DNA of 25,953 nt, taken from an uncultured archaeon. Lineage in GTDB: Archaea > Altiarchaeota > Altiarchaeia > IMC4 > SCGC-AAA252-I15. Below the pieces are notes generated by a model, which was not told the DNA's origin, did not search any database, and saw nothing but the letters and a program-made list of their open reading frames with translations. The stretch lies in contig CAZPLO010000019.1 in assembly GCA_964587725.1 (NCBI GenBank), positions 1-25,953 on the forward strand. The letters are read 5' to 3'. This document shows, in pieces, positions 25,181 through 25,953 of the stretch; within the stretch, counting starts at the first letter, position 1; every line of letters begins with the position of its first letter. The position numbers and the translations under genes are program-made.

Positions 25181-25195
25181 CCTTTTTTGACACTA
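25181..25195 (-). repeat. Right inverted repeat (CCTTTTTTGACACTA on the plus strand); its T6 tract may double as the kinase operon terminator
   Basis: Perfect reverse complement of 17410-17424, starting 16 bp after the kinase stop. Confidence 0.9.
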
Positions 25196-25241
25196 TATTG
25201 GCCTGTACCTTAACCTATGGGACATCAAATAATAACATGTA

Positions 25242-25577
25242 ATGGATTTGATGGCCCTGGTGGACGAGGCAGAGTTTGCGGCCGACATACGAAGGCACAT
25301 AGAGGAGTGCGACCGCATGTACTCCGAAATATACGGGTGCTGCAGCGACGCGCCGGAGTGCAACACCTGCAAGAAGCTGCTGAAGATGGGGTTCCTGCTG
25401 ACGCCCGCGAACCTGCCGGAGATATGCATCATGCACTGCGAGCGCTGGAGGCTGCCGGAGGAGGTGGAGCCGCTGCCGGAGAAGCCGGTTCCCCTGCCGG
25501 CAGCCCCGCACTTGGACGTGTGGCCGGGGTTCTCCACGGGAGGTTTGAAAAATGAACGTGTGCCTCACAGACTATAA
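25242..25577 (+). CDS. Cys-rich hypothetical protein, 111 aa
   Basis: Protein-like composition with C-x9-CC-x5-CxxC...C-x3-C and a Pro-rich tail. It fills the gap upstream of the HAD gene and overlaps it by 26 bp. Confidence 0.5.
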   Translation: MDLMALVDEAEFAADIRRHIEECDRMYSEIYGCCSDAPECNTCKKLLKMGFLLTPANLPEICIMHCERWRLPEEVEPLPEKPVPLPAAPHLDVWPGFSTGGLKNERVPHRL

Positions 25578-25908
25578 GCCTTCACTGGCGGTGGACGTGG
25601 ACGGCGTCTTAACGGACTTCCACAACTGCTGCAGATGCAACCACATGGACTTGGAGAACCGCCGATACGATTTGTGCCCGCCCAAAAAGAACATCGTCTC
25701 CAACCTCCGCAGGCTCAGAACCAAATACCGGATAATACTCCACACCGCAAGAGGCGAACACAAACGGCAGGTGACCGAAAAGTGGCTTAGGAGACACCGC
25801 ATCCCCTACGACGAACTCGTAATGGACAAACCCTACGCCCAATACTACATAGACGACCGAGCCGTGCGTTTTGAAAGCTGGCCCCAGGCACTGGAACTGC
25901 TAATCTAG
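25552..25908 (+). CDS. Small capless HAD-superfamily phosphatase (resembles the EcbF/BcbF capsule-biosynthesis phosphatase type), 118 aa
   Basis: Motif I AVDVDGVL, motif II ILHTAR, then WLRRHRIPYDEL.MDKP and motif IV YYIDDRA. GGAGGT RBS upstream. Confidence 0.85.
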   Translation: MNVCLTDYKPSLAVDVDGVLTDFHNCCRCNHMDLENRRYDLCPPKKNIVSNLRRLRTKYRIILHTARGEHKRQVTEKWLRRHRIPYDELVMDKPYAQYYIDDRAVRFESWPQALELLI

Positions 25909-25953
25909 GCTTCAACACAGGGGCTAGTCGCTGGGTTTCAGTTCGGTGTGTCC

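Larger units (their letters stand above)
17410..25195. mobile_element. Candidate non-autonomous inverted-repeat-bounded (or invertible) cassette carrying a three-gene signalling module, 7786 bp
   Basis: Perfect 15-bp terminal inverted repeats with TA at both outer ends, and boundaries that coincide with the operon. No transposase or recombinase lies inside, so mobility is inferred only. Confidence 0.4.

Noticed and set aside
17408-25197. Tn7-like reading of the cassette ends (TGT...ACA)
   Set aside because: The flanking 5-mers TTTAG and CTATA do not form a target duplication, and no tns genes are present.
25193-25568. Alternative ORFs 25193..25537(-), 25215..25568(-) and 25217..25555(+)
   Set aside because: They are Gly/Arg/Ala-rich or antisense frames. 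25242..25577 is the more protein-like frame, though itself uncertain.
25909-25953. Possible tRNA/ncRNA or gene end at the right edge
   Set aside because: No cloverleaf is recognisable. It could be the last codons (GHTELKPSD*) of a minus-strand gene, but is too short to support.

Overview
This is a gene-dense, GC-rich archaeal chromosomal window. Archaeal origin is supported by TATA-box intergenics, GGAGG/GGTG ribosome-binding sites, many GTG starts, and archaeal-type GGR, beta-CASP nuclease and DUF835 genes. An Altiarchaeota-like host is plausible but only inferred. From left to right it holds: (1) the start of an Ehb-type, Mrp-antiporter-like membrane complex operon (ehbA-F, minus strand, running off the left edge), preceded by a ferredoxin + geranylgeranyl reductase pair; (2) a six-gene membrane-associated MoxR AAA+/DUF58/vWA operon; (3) a small winged-helix protein, a small membrane protein and an 8-repeat FG-GAP-like beta-propeller surface protein; (4) a dUTPase-like gene, a beta-CASP ribonuclease and a stand-alone asparagine-synthase-domain gene; (5) a three-gene signalling cassette made of a 7TM-DUF835-wHTH protein, a stand-alone receiver and a 1938-aa histidine kinase with 12 PAS + 1 GAF domains; (6) a Cys-rich hypothetical protein and a small HAD phosphatase. 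The strongest non-coding signal is a perfect 15-bp inverted repeat (TAGTGTCAAAAAAGG at 17410-17424, reverse complement at 25181-25195) that brackets the signalling cassette exactly, with TA at both outer ends and no transposase or recombinase in the window. No rRNA, tRNA or CRISPR array was found.
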